DNA from: Alphaproteobacteria bacterium
Lineage (GTDB): Bacteria > Pseudomonadota > Alphaproteobacteria > MPNO01 > UBA830
DNA length: 64,000 bases
Direction: 5' to 3'
Assembly (NCBI GenBank): GCA_964291215.2
Contig: OZ219790.1
Location: 992,001 to 1,056,000, forward strand
Part shown: positions 32,038-41,420 of the stretch, piece by piece
How the letters are laid out: each line of letters starts with the position of its first letter
Position numbering within the stretch: the first letter of the stretch is position 1
The notes under the pieces: generated by a model
Told to the model about the DNA's origin: nothing
Seen by the model: the letters and a program-made list of their open reading frames with translations, nothing else
Database searches by the model: none
Program-made: the position numbers and the translations under genes

Positions 32038-32970
32038 TCAGGCAATCTGACCGCCGGCGGCCCCGGCCAGCAGCAGCCAGCCGAACAGGCGGTTGGACCT
32101 AAACTTGGCGAGGCAGTCCCGGGGATCATCGAGATCCACGTCCGCGACCTGCCACACGAGTTGCGCGAAGGCACAGCCGAGTCCGACCCAGAACGGCCAT
32201 CCGAGCCCAGCCAGCGTTCCGGCCGCACCGAACAGCACGATGGCGCAGCCATAGAAGAACAGCAGCCACGGTTTCGATGCCAGCACGCCGAGTGCACGCG
32301 CGGATGATCGAACACCGGCTGCAGGATCGTCGGGCCGGTCCTGGTGGGCGTAGATGGTGTCGTAACCAAGAGTCCAGAAGATGCCACCAGCGTAGAGCAG
32401 AAAGGCCGGAGCACCGAGGCCGGCCTCGACGGCAGCCCAGCCCAGCAGCGCACCCCAGTTGAAGGCGAGGCCGAGAACGAATTGCGGCCAGAAGGTCACG
32501 CGCTTGGCCAGCGGATAGAGACCGACCAGGGTAAGGGAGGCGATCCCCGTCCAGATGGCGTAGTTGTTGAAACTCAGAAGAATCGCCGCGCTGAGGCCGA
32601 GTTGAACCACAAACCAGAGGAACGCACCGGTCATCGTCACCTCGCCAGCCGGCAGCGGCCGGTCGCGGGTGCGCGCGACCCTGGCGTCGAAGTTTCGGTC
32701 CAGAATGTCGTTCCAGGTGCAGCCGGCGCCACGCATAAGCACCGCCCCGAGTCCGAACAGGACGAAGAGGTGCCCTGCCGCCGGTTCCACCGACGCCAGC
32801 GCAATGCTCCACCAGCACGGAAACAGCAGCAGCCACGAACCGATCGGGCGGTCGAGACGCGAAAGCCTGGCATAGGGCTGCAAGCCGGAGGGCAGCAGAC
32901 GGTCGACCCAGCCGCCGCGCGGGATATCGCTGAGCCCGTTCGGAGAATGACGGTCTCGTGCCCGTTTCAT
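32038..32970 (-). CDS. ubiA: 4-hydroxybenzoate polyprenyltransferase
   Basis: RLDRPIG, RGAGCT.ND..DR..D..V.RT..RP, YDTIYAHQD. Confidence 0.96.
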   Translation of the reverse strand: MKRARDRHSPNGLSDIPRGGWVDRLLPSGLQPYARLSRLDRPIGSWLLLFPCWWSIALASVEPAAGHLFVLFGLGAVLMRGAGCTWNDILDRNFDARVARTRDRPLPAGEVTMTGAFLWFVVQLGLSAAILLSFNNYAIWTGIASLTLVGLYPLAKRVTFWPQFVLGLAFNWGALLGWAAVEAGLGAPAFLLYAGGIFWTLGYDTIYAHQDRPDDPAAGVRSSARALGVLASKPWLLFFYGCAIVLFGAAGTLAGLGWPFWVGLGCAFAQLVWQVADVDLDDPRDCLAKFRSNRLFGWLLLAGAAGGQIA

Positions 32971-33305
32971 CCCCCAGTGGTAGCGCTTCGGGCGGCATTG
33001 AACAAATCCCGGCAAGTTTCCGCCGGTGCGATCACAGCACTGCACCGGACGGTCGGCGGCGTCGCGTTCCGCCGCAAGCCAGGACCGGGCGGCAATCCGG
33101 GTGGAAATCACCTATCAATACTTGACGATTCCGCAAAATTCTCTTTTGTTACGCCGTCGATTGCGACTGACAGGCTCCGGGGAGCAACCTTGTCCGGCGC
33201 GTGGTATCGGACCGAGCAAGTCGCGAAAGCTGCGTGGCCTCCAGTCCGTAGCCGAAGCATGTCTCGCCCGAACGCCCGACCGGAACAACAGACGGAACAC
33301 GACGC

Positions 33306-34670
33306 ATGGCTGGACCGCCCGGAGGGAACTCCGAACCGATCACGGATTTCCGACAACTCGTCGAACATCTCGAATCGGGATGCAAACCGCGCGAATCGTG
33401 GCGCATCGGCACCGAACACGAGAAATTCGTTTTCAAGCTCGATACCCGTGAACCGGTGCCTTATGACGGGCCCTTCGGCATCGGCGCGTTTCTCGACGGC
33501 ATGACTCGATTCGGCTGGCAACCGGTTCTCGAGAAGGACCGCACCATCGCGCTGGCGATGGAGGGGTGCACGATTTCGCTTGAACCGGGAGGCCAGTTGG
33601 AACTTTCCGGTGCGCCGCTCGGCAATCTGCACGAGACCTGCGACGAGGTGCACACCCATCTGGCACAGGTCAAGGAGGTCGCGGGCGAGCTTGGGGTGGG
33701 GCTGATGGGCCTCGGCTTCCTGCCCGAGGCCCGCCGCGAGGACGTGTCGTGGATGCCCAAGGGGCGCTACGGCATCATGCGCGCCTACATGCCCAAGAAG
33801 GGCAATCTCGGAATCGACATGATGATTCGCTCCTGCACCGTGCAGGTGAATCTCGACTTCGGGTCCGAGGCCGACATGGTCGAGAAGTTCCGCGTCTCGC
33901 TGGCTCTGCAACCGGTAGCAACGGCTTTGTTCGCCAATTCTCCCTTCGTCGAGGGCGCTGCCGTCGGTTGGCAGTCGTGGCGGAGCCACCTCTGGGAAGA
34001 TACCGATCCCGACCGGTGCGGCATCCTTCCCTTCGTGTTCGAGGACGGCATGGGCTTCGAGCGCTATGCCGACTACGCGCTCGATGTCCCGATGTACTTC
34101 GTCTACCGCGACGGGAACTACATCGACGTTGCCGGACAGTCGTTCCGCGATTTCCTCCGGGGCCAGCTACCCGGCCTCGAAGGCGAGCTGCCGACCATGG
34201 GTGACTGGATCGACCACCTGACGACGATATTCCCCGAGGTGCGGCTCAAGACGTTTCTCGAAATGCGCGGCGCAGACGGCGGGGCTTGGCGCCGGCTGTG
34301 CGCTCTGCCGGCGTTGTGGACCGGACTGCTCTACGACGCCGAAGCCCAGAGCGCAGCGGCCGGTCTCGTGCACGACTGGAGCATCGAGGACATCGCCCGT
34401 CTGCGTCATGACGCCGCCCGCACGGGGTTGCACTGCACGTTCCGCGGACGGCCGCTGAAGGAACTCGCTGGCGAAGTCCTCACGATCGCGGAAAGCGGGC
34501 TGCGGCGCCGCGCGATACCGGGCGTTGTCGATCCCGACGAAAGCGGCTTCCTCGCGACGCTTCACGAGATTATCGCCAGCGGCATGAGCCCGAGCGACGA
34601 AATGCTGGCCCGGTTCGAAGACGAATGGAACCGGGACGCCGGCCGCGCCTATTCCGACTACGCGTATTGA
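33306..34670 (+). CDS. gshA: Glutamate-cysteine ligase
   Basis: RIGTEHEK, SLEPGGQLELSG, MPKGRY, LEMRGADGG. Confidence 0.96.
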   Translation: MAGPPGGNSEPITDFRQLVEHLESGCKPRESWRIGTEHEKFVFKLDTREPVPYDGPFGIGAFLDGMTRFGWQPVLEKDRTIALAMEGCTISLEPGGQLELSGAPLGNLHETCDEVHTHLAQVKEVAGELGVGLMGLGFLPEARREDVSWMPKGRYGIMRAYMPKKGNLGIDMMIRSCTVQVNLDFGSEADMVEKFRVSLALQPVATALFANSPFVEGAAVGWQSWRSHLWEDTDPDRCGILPFVFEDGMGFERYADYALDVPMYFVYRDGNYIDVAGQSFRDFLRGQLPGLEGELPTMGDWIDHLTTIFPEVRLKTFLEMRGADGGAWRRLCALPALWTGLLYDAEAQSAAAGLVHDWSIEDIARLRHDAARTGLHCTFRGRPLKELAGEVLTIAESGLRRRAIPGVVDPDESGFLATLHEIIASGMSPSDEMLARFEDEWNRDAGRAYSDYAY

Positions 34671-34695
34671 AGTCCCCGCCCCGGCCCGGATTTCC

Positions 34696-36129
34696 TCAAG
34701 CCGCGGTGCCGCCGACGGTGAGGTTTTCGACAAGCAGCGTCGGCTGTCCGACCCCGACGGGCACCCCCTGCCCTTCCTTGCCGCAGGTACCTACCCCCGG
34801 ATCGAGACTCAGATCGTTGCCCACCATCCTGACGCGGGTCAGCACGTCGGGGCCGTTGCCAATCAGGGTCGCGCCCTTGACCGGCGCCCCGACCTTGCCG
34901 TCCTCGATGAGATAGGCCTCAGATGCGGAGAACACGAACTTGCCGGACGTGATGTCGACCTGACCGCCCCCGAAATTCACCGCATAGAGGCCTTTGCCGA
35001 CTGCACCCAGAATCTCTCCGGAGTCCCGCTCTCCATTGAGCATGTAGGTGTTCGTCATGCGCGGCATGGGAACATGCGCGAAGCCCTGCCGGCGTCCGTT
35101 GCCGGTCGACCCGGTTCTCATGAGGCGGCCGTTCATGCGATCTTGCATGTAGCCGGTCAGTATGCCGTCCTCGATGAGTACGGTCTTTGAGCTCGGCGTC
35201 CCTTCGTCATCGATCGACAGTGATCCGCGACGGTCGTTGATCGTTCCGTCATCGACGACCGTAACCCCCTTCGTGGCGACCCGCTCGCCCATCAGCCCCG
35301 CGAACGCGCTGGTCTTCTTGCGGTTGAAATCGCCTTCGAGCCCGTGACCGATCGCCTCGTGCAGCAGGATACCGGGCCAGCCTGGGCCGAGCACCACATC
35401 CATCTCGCCGGCCGGCGCAGGAACCGCCTCGAGATTGGCCAGCGCCTGGCGCAGGGCCTCGTCGATCTGAGCTTGCCAGGCATCGGGACTGACATAGGCG
35501 GCGTAACCGGTGCGTCCGCCGACGCCATGACTCCCGGACTCGATTCGGTCGCCGTCGGCGCAGACGACGGTCACGTTGACCCGTACCAGCGGACGGACAT
35601 CGTCGCGAGATTCGCCGCCGGCACGCATGACGCGTACCACCTGGCGCTCACCGGAGATCGAGGCGGAGAACTGCGTGACGCGGGCATCAAGGCTTCGGGC
35701 GTAGCTGTCCATGTTCTGAAGCAGGGCCACTTTTTCCGCGAATTTCATTTCGAGCGCCGGATTGACGTCTCCGTAGAGCCTCCGGTTGGTCCTCCGCGGC
35801 CCGACATCGACACTTCCGGCATGGCCCGACCGCACAGCGCGAACGGTCTCCGCCGCCCGCGAAATCGCCTCTTCGGAGAGCTCCGAGGCATGGGCGTAGC
35901 CGGTAGCTTCACCGGATACCCCTCGCAGCCCGAATCCCTGCTCGGTGTTGAACGAGGCGCTGGCCAGACGGCCATCATCGAACACCAGGCTCTCCGATTG
36001 GCAATGTTCAAGGAACAGTTCGCCGTCGTCGGCCCGGTCGAGCGCATCGGAGACGATGGCTCCGACCCGACCGGAGTCCATGCCAGCCCGTTCGAAGAAC
36101 AGTTCGTCGGCGTCAAGGATTTCGCTCAT
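34696..36129 (-). CDS. tldD: TldD metalloprotease
   Basis: HEAIGHGLEGDF, PRMTNTYM, CGKEGQ. Confidence 0.97.
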   Translation of the reverse strand: MSEILDADELFFERAGMDSGRVGAIVSDALDRADDGELFLEHCQSESLVFDDGRLASASFNTEQGFGLRGVSGEATGYAHASELSEEAISRAAETVRAVRSGHAGSVDVGPRRTNRRLYGDVNPALEMKFAEKVALLQNMDSYARSLDARVTQFSASISGERQVVRVMRAGGESRDDVRPLVRVNVTVVCADGDRIESGSHGVGGRTGYAAYVSPDAWQAQIDEALRQALANLEAVPAPAGEMDVVLGPGWPGILLHEAIGHGLEGDFNRKKTSAFAGLMGERVATKGVTVVDDGTINDRRGSLSIDDEGTPSSKTVLIEDGILTGYMQDRMNGRLMRTGSTGNGRRQGFAHVPMPRMTNTYMLNGERDSGEILGAVGKGLYAVNFGGGQVDITSGKFVFSASEAYLIEDGKVGAPVKGATLIGNGPDVLTRVRMVGNDLSLDPGVGTCGKEGQGVPVGVGQPTLLVENLTVGGTAA

Positions 36130-36375
36130 GGCCTACCCCTGCATCAGGTTCGTGGTCCGCTCATTCGACACTACTCCAGAGTACACGATTGTCCCAGTCA
36201 AGACATCGCGGCGCGCAGGACCGATCAGCGCTTGTCAGCGGCCAAGCCTCACCGACATGCGGCCCGACCGGATAAACGGCCGGCACGATCGAAATTTGTC
36301 TTCGCAGGCGCCGTCTCTCGGTGTGGACAGCCCAGCAGTTACCGAGGCCGCCGTATCGACCACCGGCCGCGCCGC

Positions 36376-37239
36376 CTAGGGTTTCATGAAGGCAGACATA
36401 TCTCGGGTCGTGATCACAGAATCGACATAGCTGAAGGTGCCGTCCTGCAACACTTCCGACGCAGCCGCAATCATGCCGTCCATCGCAGCCCGGTAGAGCG
36501 ATCCGGCCAGACTGACGCGGCGCACCCCCGCAGCCGCCAGGTCTGCCAACAGAAAGGACCTCCCCGGAATGCCGGCCATGAAATTCACGGGTTTCGACAC
36601 TGCCGCACAGACGGCGCTGACAGCGCCCAGGTCCGGCAACCCGGGTGCCATCAATACATCGGCTCCGGCTTCCTCATAAGCCTTCAGGCGCGCAATCACG
36701 CTATCCAGATCCGGGTGGCCATGAAGAAAAAGCTCGCTCCTCGCCGTCAGGACAAAGTCGAAGCCAGTCGACCTCGCGGCAGCGACGGCCGCGCTGATCC
36801 TCGCCGCCGCACTGTCGAGGTCATATATCGGATCTCCAGATTCGCCAGTCGAATCCTCGATCGAACAGCCCACAAGCCCATGTTCGGCAGCAAGCCGCAC
36901 GGTTTCGGCAACCACCGAAGGCTTGTGCCCGAACCCGTTTTCAAGATCGCCGGAAACAGGAAGGTCAACTGCGTCAGCGACGGCTTGCGCATGTCGAAGC
37001 GCGTCATGCCTGGTCACGCTTCCGTCCCGGCGTCCCATCGTGCCCGCGAATCCGCTGCTTGAGGTCGCAAGGGCGGGACATCCGAGCCCGGCGAGGACGC
37101 ACGCCGAACCCGCGTCGAAGGGATTGGCCATAACGAATGGCCCAACGCCCTCATGCAGTGCACGAAATCGCTCGGCCTTGTCGGCTTGACTTGGGCGAGT
37201 ATCCACCTCCGGGGTTGCGCTTTCCGGTATCAAGGTCAT
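36376..37239 (-). CDS. Isocitrate lyase/PEP mutase family protein
   Basis: FRALH, NPFDAGSA, ATSS, DLENGFG, SIED, AGAD...PG. Confidence 0.88.
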   Translation of the reverse strand: MTLIPESATPEVDTRPSQADKAERFRALHEGVGPFVMANPFDAGSACVLAGLGCPALATSSSGFAGTMGRRDGSVTRHDALRHAQAVADAVDLPVSGDLENGFGHKPSVVAETVRLAAEHGLVGCSIEDSTGESGDPIYDLDSAAARISAAVAAARSTGFDFVLTARSELFLHGHPDLDSVIARLKAYEEAGADVLMAPGLPDLGAVSAVCAAVSKPVNFMAGIPGRSFLLADLAAAGVRRVSLAGSLYRAAMDGMIAAASEVLQDGTFSYVDSVITTRDMSAFMKP

Positions 37240-37483
37240 GTCCTCACAGGAATCATCGAGTTGTTGACGGCTGTCTGCCATCCGTTGCCGCGCCCGATCA
37301 GCAGAGCGCAACACGAGAAGACCGAGGCTAGGGCAGAACCGGAATTAGTCAAGCAAGAGAAACGGCTAATCGGGCCTTCCACCCCGGCCGTGCGGGACAG
37401 GGCCGTGTAGGTGGTTCCGGCACGGACAGGACCGAGGTTTCTCTTCACCGCAACAGCAGGCGCCGGCACCGCAGGCGGACCGC

Positions 37484-38233
37484 TCAGTTCACGTTGACGG
37501 CCTCACCGAGGACAGGTCCGATTTCGAGGTGGACGACAAGATCGGCGATGTCATCGAGTCCGGTCGGATCCCGGTTGATGATGACGAGTTTCGCGCCGCT
37601 CTTCTTTGCCATTGCCGGAAAACCGGCGGCAGGATAAACGACAAGCGACGAGCCGGCGACAATGAACAGATCGCAGGCGAGGGTTTCGACGCGCGCGCGC
37701 TCCATCTCGCGTTCGGGCATCATCTGACCGAACGAGATCGTCGCCGCCTTGACGAGACCGCCACAATCGACGCACTCGGGAGCGGCGCCGTCGGCCTGGA
37801 AGGCCGCCTTGATGGGTGCCAGCTCGTAGCGGGTGCCGCAGGTCAGGCAGGTAGCGTACGTGCCATTGCCGTGGAGCTCGATCATCCGCTCATCGGGCAC
37901 GCCGGAAGCCTGGTGAAGACCGTCGATGTTCTGCGTGATCACAGCTGTCACCTTGCCGGTGCGCACCAGTTTGGCCACTGCCCGGTGGCCCCGGTTCGGC
38001 TCGGCGCCGTCAATATCGCGATCGACATCGAACTTGCGCCGCCATGCCTCGCGGCGAGCATCTTCCGAATGGACGAACTCCTCGAAATAGATCGGGGCGG
38101 TCTTCGACCATATTCCGTTCGGACTGCGGAAATCCGGAATGCCGGACTCTGTCGATATACCGGCTCCGGTAAAGACCACGGCGCGTTCGGCGACCGCTAT
38201 CATCTCCCTCAGCGCAGGAATCTCATTGTTCAT
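37484..38233 (-). CDS. Sir2/CobB-family NAD-dependent deacylase
   Basis: GAGISTESGIPDFR, TQNIDGLH, HG, two CxxC, GSSL.V.PAA. Confidence 0.93.
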   Translation of the reverse strand: MNNEIPALREMIAVAERAVVFTGAGISTESGIPDFRSPNGIWSKTAPIYFEEFVHSEDARREAWRRKFDVDRDIDGAEPNRGHRAVAKLVRTGKVTAVITQNIDGLHQASGVPDERMIELHGNGTYATCLTCGTRYELAPIKAAFQADGAAPECVDCGGLVKAATISFGQMMPEREMERARVETLACDLFIVAGSSLVVYPAAGFPAMAKKSGAKLVIINRDPTGLDDIADLVVHLEIGPVLGEAVNVN

Positions 38234-38894
38234 ACTGGTGGGCCGCGACTGCGGAATGGCCGTGGTCCGCCCAGACCCCGACCACCTCGGCGCTGTCGGG
38301 AACATGGCCGAAGATCAGGTCAACGGACGTGATCGTAGCCTTATGCAGGGCCGCGTTGGCGCTTCCGACGCAGTCGGGCGGCATCACGATGTAATAGCCA
38401 TGGAAGAATCCTGCACGCAGCGTGGACTCGACACAGACATTGGTCGCAACCCCGGTCATTACCAGTGTGCGAATCCCGCGCGCCTGCAGGAGATCATGCA
38501 GCCCGGTTTCGTGAAAGGCCGAATAGCAGTGCTTCTCGATCACCGACTCATCGTCACGTGGCGCAACCCCGTAGAACTCGGCGCCCCAGGAACCCGATGC
38601 GCAGCAGACGGCACCCTTGCCCTTTTCCAGCATCTTCGAGAGCATCGGCACCGGCAGCTTGTCATGATCATAGATGGCCTTGATCCATACCACTGCAACG
38701 CCCGCGCGCCGCGCGTCACCGAGAAGTCCGTCAAGGCGCCGGGCGAGGTCACGATTGGGGCTCATGTCCGCATTCTGGGTGTTATCGATGTAGCCGCCTT
38801 CCGCGCAGAAATCGTTCTGCATGTCGACAACGATGACCGCCGTGTGCGCGGGATCGAGAATGTCCTTGATCCCGCTCAGAAGCCTGTCAACCAT
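38223..38894 (-). CDS. Cysteine hydrolase (isochorismatase family, RutB-like amidohydrolase)
   Basis: VDMQNDF, K..YSAF, GVATNVCVEST (D-K-C triad). Confidence 0.9.
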   Translation of the reverse strand: MVDRLLSGIKDILDPAHTAVIVVDMQNDFCAEGGYIDNTQNADMSPNRDLARRLDGLLGDARRAGVAVVWIKAIYDHDKLPVPMLSKMLEKGKGAVCCASGSWGAEFYGVAPRDDESVIEKHCYSAFHETGLHDLLQARGIRTLVMTGVATNVCVESTLRAGFFHGYYIVMPPDCVGSANAALHKATITSVDLIFGHVPDSAEVVGVWADHGHSAVAAHQYEQ

Positions 38895-39747
38895 GACCGA
38901 CCTGCCTTTCCATGTCCCAGTAGACGCAGCCCATGCCGCAACGGAGTTCGACGGCAGGCTCGTAACACATCGTGCGGGCCGGCCGGCCTTCCGCAGCTCC
39001 CATGGCTCCGATCCATGCCAGCAGTTCGCTGGTTCCGCCGTCTCCGGCCGCCAGCATTTTATCCATCGTGCATTCGCGCAGGACCGTCTCCGGATCTCCC
39101 TGCTCCATCAGCGCCAGAAACCAGCGGTCGAAGTCTTCGTTGACGTCGAAATACTTGGGCCCGCCGGGATCATGCGAGAGCCCGCCGGTAGCCATGAAGG
39201 CAACCCTGAGCCCGGGCGGCAAGTCCGAACCAACGATCTCGCGCACGGCGCAGCCGACCTCGTAACTTGTGTGCGTAGACGGCACGGGCGGCACGACGCA
39301 GTTCATGTTGATCGGAACCAAGGGAATGTCGTGGTCCGGAGTAAGGTAAAAGAGCGGCACCGACCAGTTGTCGTCGAACAGCAACTGTGCCGCAGAGACG
39401 GTATCGAACCCACGTGTCGACAGCCCGTCGAAGATTGCTCCGGCAACGCCGCTGTCTCCCGCTACCACATAAGGCGGCACATTGACCCAGTCCTGAAACC
39501 ATTCCGCCGGACCGTTCCAGGACCCAGAGGTGCCGACGCAAAAATCATGGGTGTCATGCGGCGGCATGTTGAGAAGATGATCGTTGGCAAGGCCGACGAT
39601 CACGTCGGGCCGTGTCGCACGCAGGATATCGCCAAGCCGCGAGAAGCCGTCGGTGAGCCTTTTCTGCTGGTGTTCGGGTGCCTGATCCAGCCAGCCTGTC
39701 AGACCCGGCGCATGGCTCAAGGCGACCACGGAAACAAGTTCGGCCAT
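38887..39747 (-). CDS. LigB-type extradiol ring-cleavage dioxygenase, large subunit
   Basis: SHAP, NDH, TGGLSH, G.SE..AW. Confidence 0.88.
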   Translation of the reverse strand: MAELVSVVALSHAPGLTGWLDQAPEHQQKRLTDGFSRLGDILRATRPDVIVGLANDHLLNMPPHDTHDFCVGTSGSWNGPAEWFQDWVNVPPYVVAGDSGVAGAIFDGLSTRGFDTVSAAQLLFDDNWSVPLFYLTPDHDIPLVPINMNCVVPPVPSTHTSYEVGCAVREIVGSDLPPGLRVAFMATGGLSHDPGGPKYFDVNEDFDRWFLALMEQGDPETVLRECTMDKMLAAGDGGTSELLAWIGAMGAAEGRPARTMCYEPAVELRCGMGCVYWDMERQVGHG

Positions 39748-40058
39748 CAGCGCAACTTTCCCCGGCCTTCGACAACGCTTCGGCCATAAGCCTGTGCCGC
39801 TGTCGAACGGTTGTGATTGTATCCCGTACCATGAAACAATCTCGAAACCTGCGGCAAAAAGTAGGGATGGACTCCAAGCTCCGCAAGACTCTTGAGATCG
39901 ATGTGCCTGAACGCTTCGCGCTCCACCTCCGAGAGGCCGTATTGTTCCATAACCGCCTCCAGATCATCGGCAAAAGCGGCGAATTTTTTCTGATCTCGGC
40001 GTACCTCGAAGATCATCCGGTTTGCCGGCAGATCCCTTCTCGTATCCGCTATACCCAT
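39747..40058 (-). CDS. LigA-like dioxygenase small subunit
   Basis: F..D.EA.M..YGLS..ER.A....D...L..LGVHP; abuts the ligB-like gene. Confidence 0.8.
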   Translation of the reverse strand: MGIADTRRDLPANRMIFEVRRDQKKFAAFADDLEAVMEQYGLSEVEREAFRHIDLKSLAELGVHPYFLPQVSRLFHGTGYNHNRSTAAQAYGRSVVEGRGKLR

Positions 40059-40362
40059 CAGCGATCCTCCCTCTGTGACAACAGGCGAATGATCCCGCAC
40101 CGGAAGAAACAGGTCAAGCGGCCACGTACTGCGCGGTTCCTGCTTCGGAGTCGCTAAAGCGCGGTCACGAATGTGCCGAGGGTTGCGGATCTCGGGCCGG
40201 CTGCCGGCGAAGAAAATTGTCGGGGCAGGCCATGGAATTTTCGATAGGACGGCTGGCCCCACGCAAGCTCTTTCCCGAATCTCCCAAATTGCATGGCTGC
40301 AGTCTCCTCAAGCCATGTGCTGCAAAACAACGTTGAAAGCAAGGAAAATATGACGGGTATCA

Positions 40363-40450
40363 GTAACTGCTCACGCCCCTGGTTCCAGCTTGATATCGGG
40401 GTAGAGCAACGAACGGGTTTTCGTGAAGATTTGACACTGTGGACGGATTC
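40363..40450 (+). mobile_element. IS66-family left-end fragment
   Basis: GTAACTGCTCAC..; reverse-complement match to 140-228 and 8790-8875. Confidence 0.8.
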
Positions 40451-40548
40451 TGCTAGATTTGTCGCCAAAATAATAGTTTATTCATTTGGTGTGGATCTGC
40501 TATCGATGATGTCATGGATGCTATGGTCGATACGCTGCGATCCAAATT

Positions 40549-40910
40549 CAGATGTCCTGACCTCGTAAGTTGACTTGATCCGTCTGGCTCCCCTTTTTTC
40601 CAACGCAATCAACGATTTTCCCGGTTTTTTGCTTGACAACGTAGCCGCGTGATGGTACGATATACCATGATGCCTAGAATTGGATGGCCCCGGCCATGAA
40701 CACGCTCGCGATGCACTCTCCTGAAGCCGTCCAGATCGGAACCTCAAAGGGACCTGCAGACGGCGTGAGCCGCACGACCGTGCAGCGGGCGGTGAAGAAG
40801 CTCCGGAACCGGCCTCCGCATGATCTATGAACTGCCAGACAACGCACGCAAACTCGGCCCAGAAGCATCACCCTGATTGGAAGAAATCAAAGCCGAGGTC
40901 AGGACGTCTG
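40549..40910 (+). mobile_element. 362-bp internally deleted IS (MITE-C) nested in ISAzo13
   Basis: TIR CAGATGTCCTGACCTCG / CGAGGTCAGGACGTCTG; TSD AAATT (40544-40548, 40911-40915). Confidence 0.85.
40633..40661 (+). promoter_or_regulatory. sigma70-like promoter inside MITE-C
   Basis: TTGACA-17 bp-TACGAT. Confidence 0.6.
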
Positions 40911-41420
40911 AAATTTGTGGTGTTGCGTCCGGCTCCGGACGAACGTGCGCGGCGCCTGTGGGCGGCGACGGAGGCCCGTGCCATCGGGCGCCGAGGCATT
41001 GCGCGAGTGGTCGAGGCGACGGGGATGTCGCGCGGCACCGTTCGCGCCGGGCTGAAGGAGCTCGATTCAGACGCAGTCTCCGAGTCTTCGGGCGAGGTTC
41101 CTTCAGGACGTTTGCGTCGCCCCGGCGGCGGGCGGAAGCGGGTGACGGATCTGGATCCGGAGTTGGTGGCGGCGCTGGAGCGCGAGCTTGAACCGATAAC
41201 GCGCGGCAATCCGGAGAGTTCGCTGCGCTGGACGTATAACTGTGCCGCACGGCTGGCGGAGACCGTCTTGCGGTCGAGGGCCACCGCGTCAGCAAGCGCA
41301 CGGTGAACCGGCTGCTCCACGATCTGGGGTACAGCCTTCAAGCCAACCGCAAGACGCTGGAAGGCCGCCAGCATCTGGACCGGGATGCGCAGTTCCGACG
41401 CATCGACCGCGAAGTCTTCG

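Larger units (their letters stand above)
40454..41420 (+). mobile_element. ISAzo13-family element, interrupted and 3'-truncated
   Basis: MDAMVDTLRSK|FVVLRP..DER.RRLWAA.EA, RRPGGGRK, RG.PES.LRWT, GYSLQANRKT.EG..H.DRDAQF. Confidence 0.85.
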
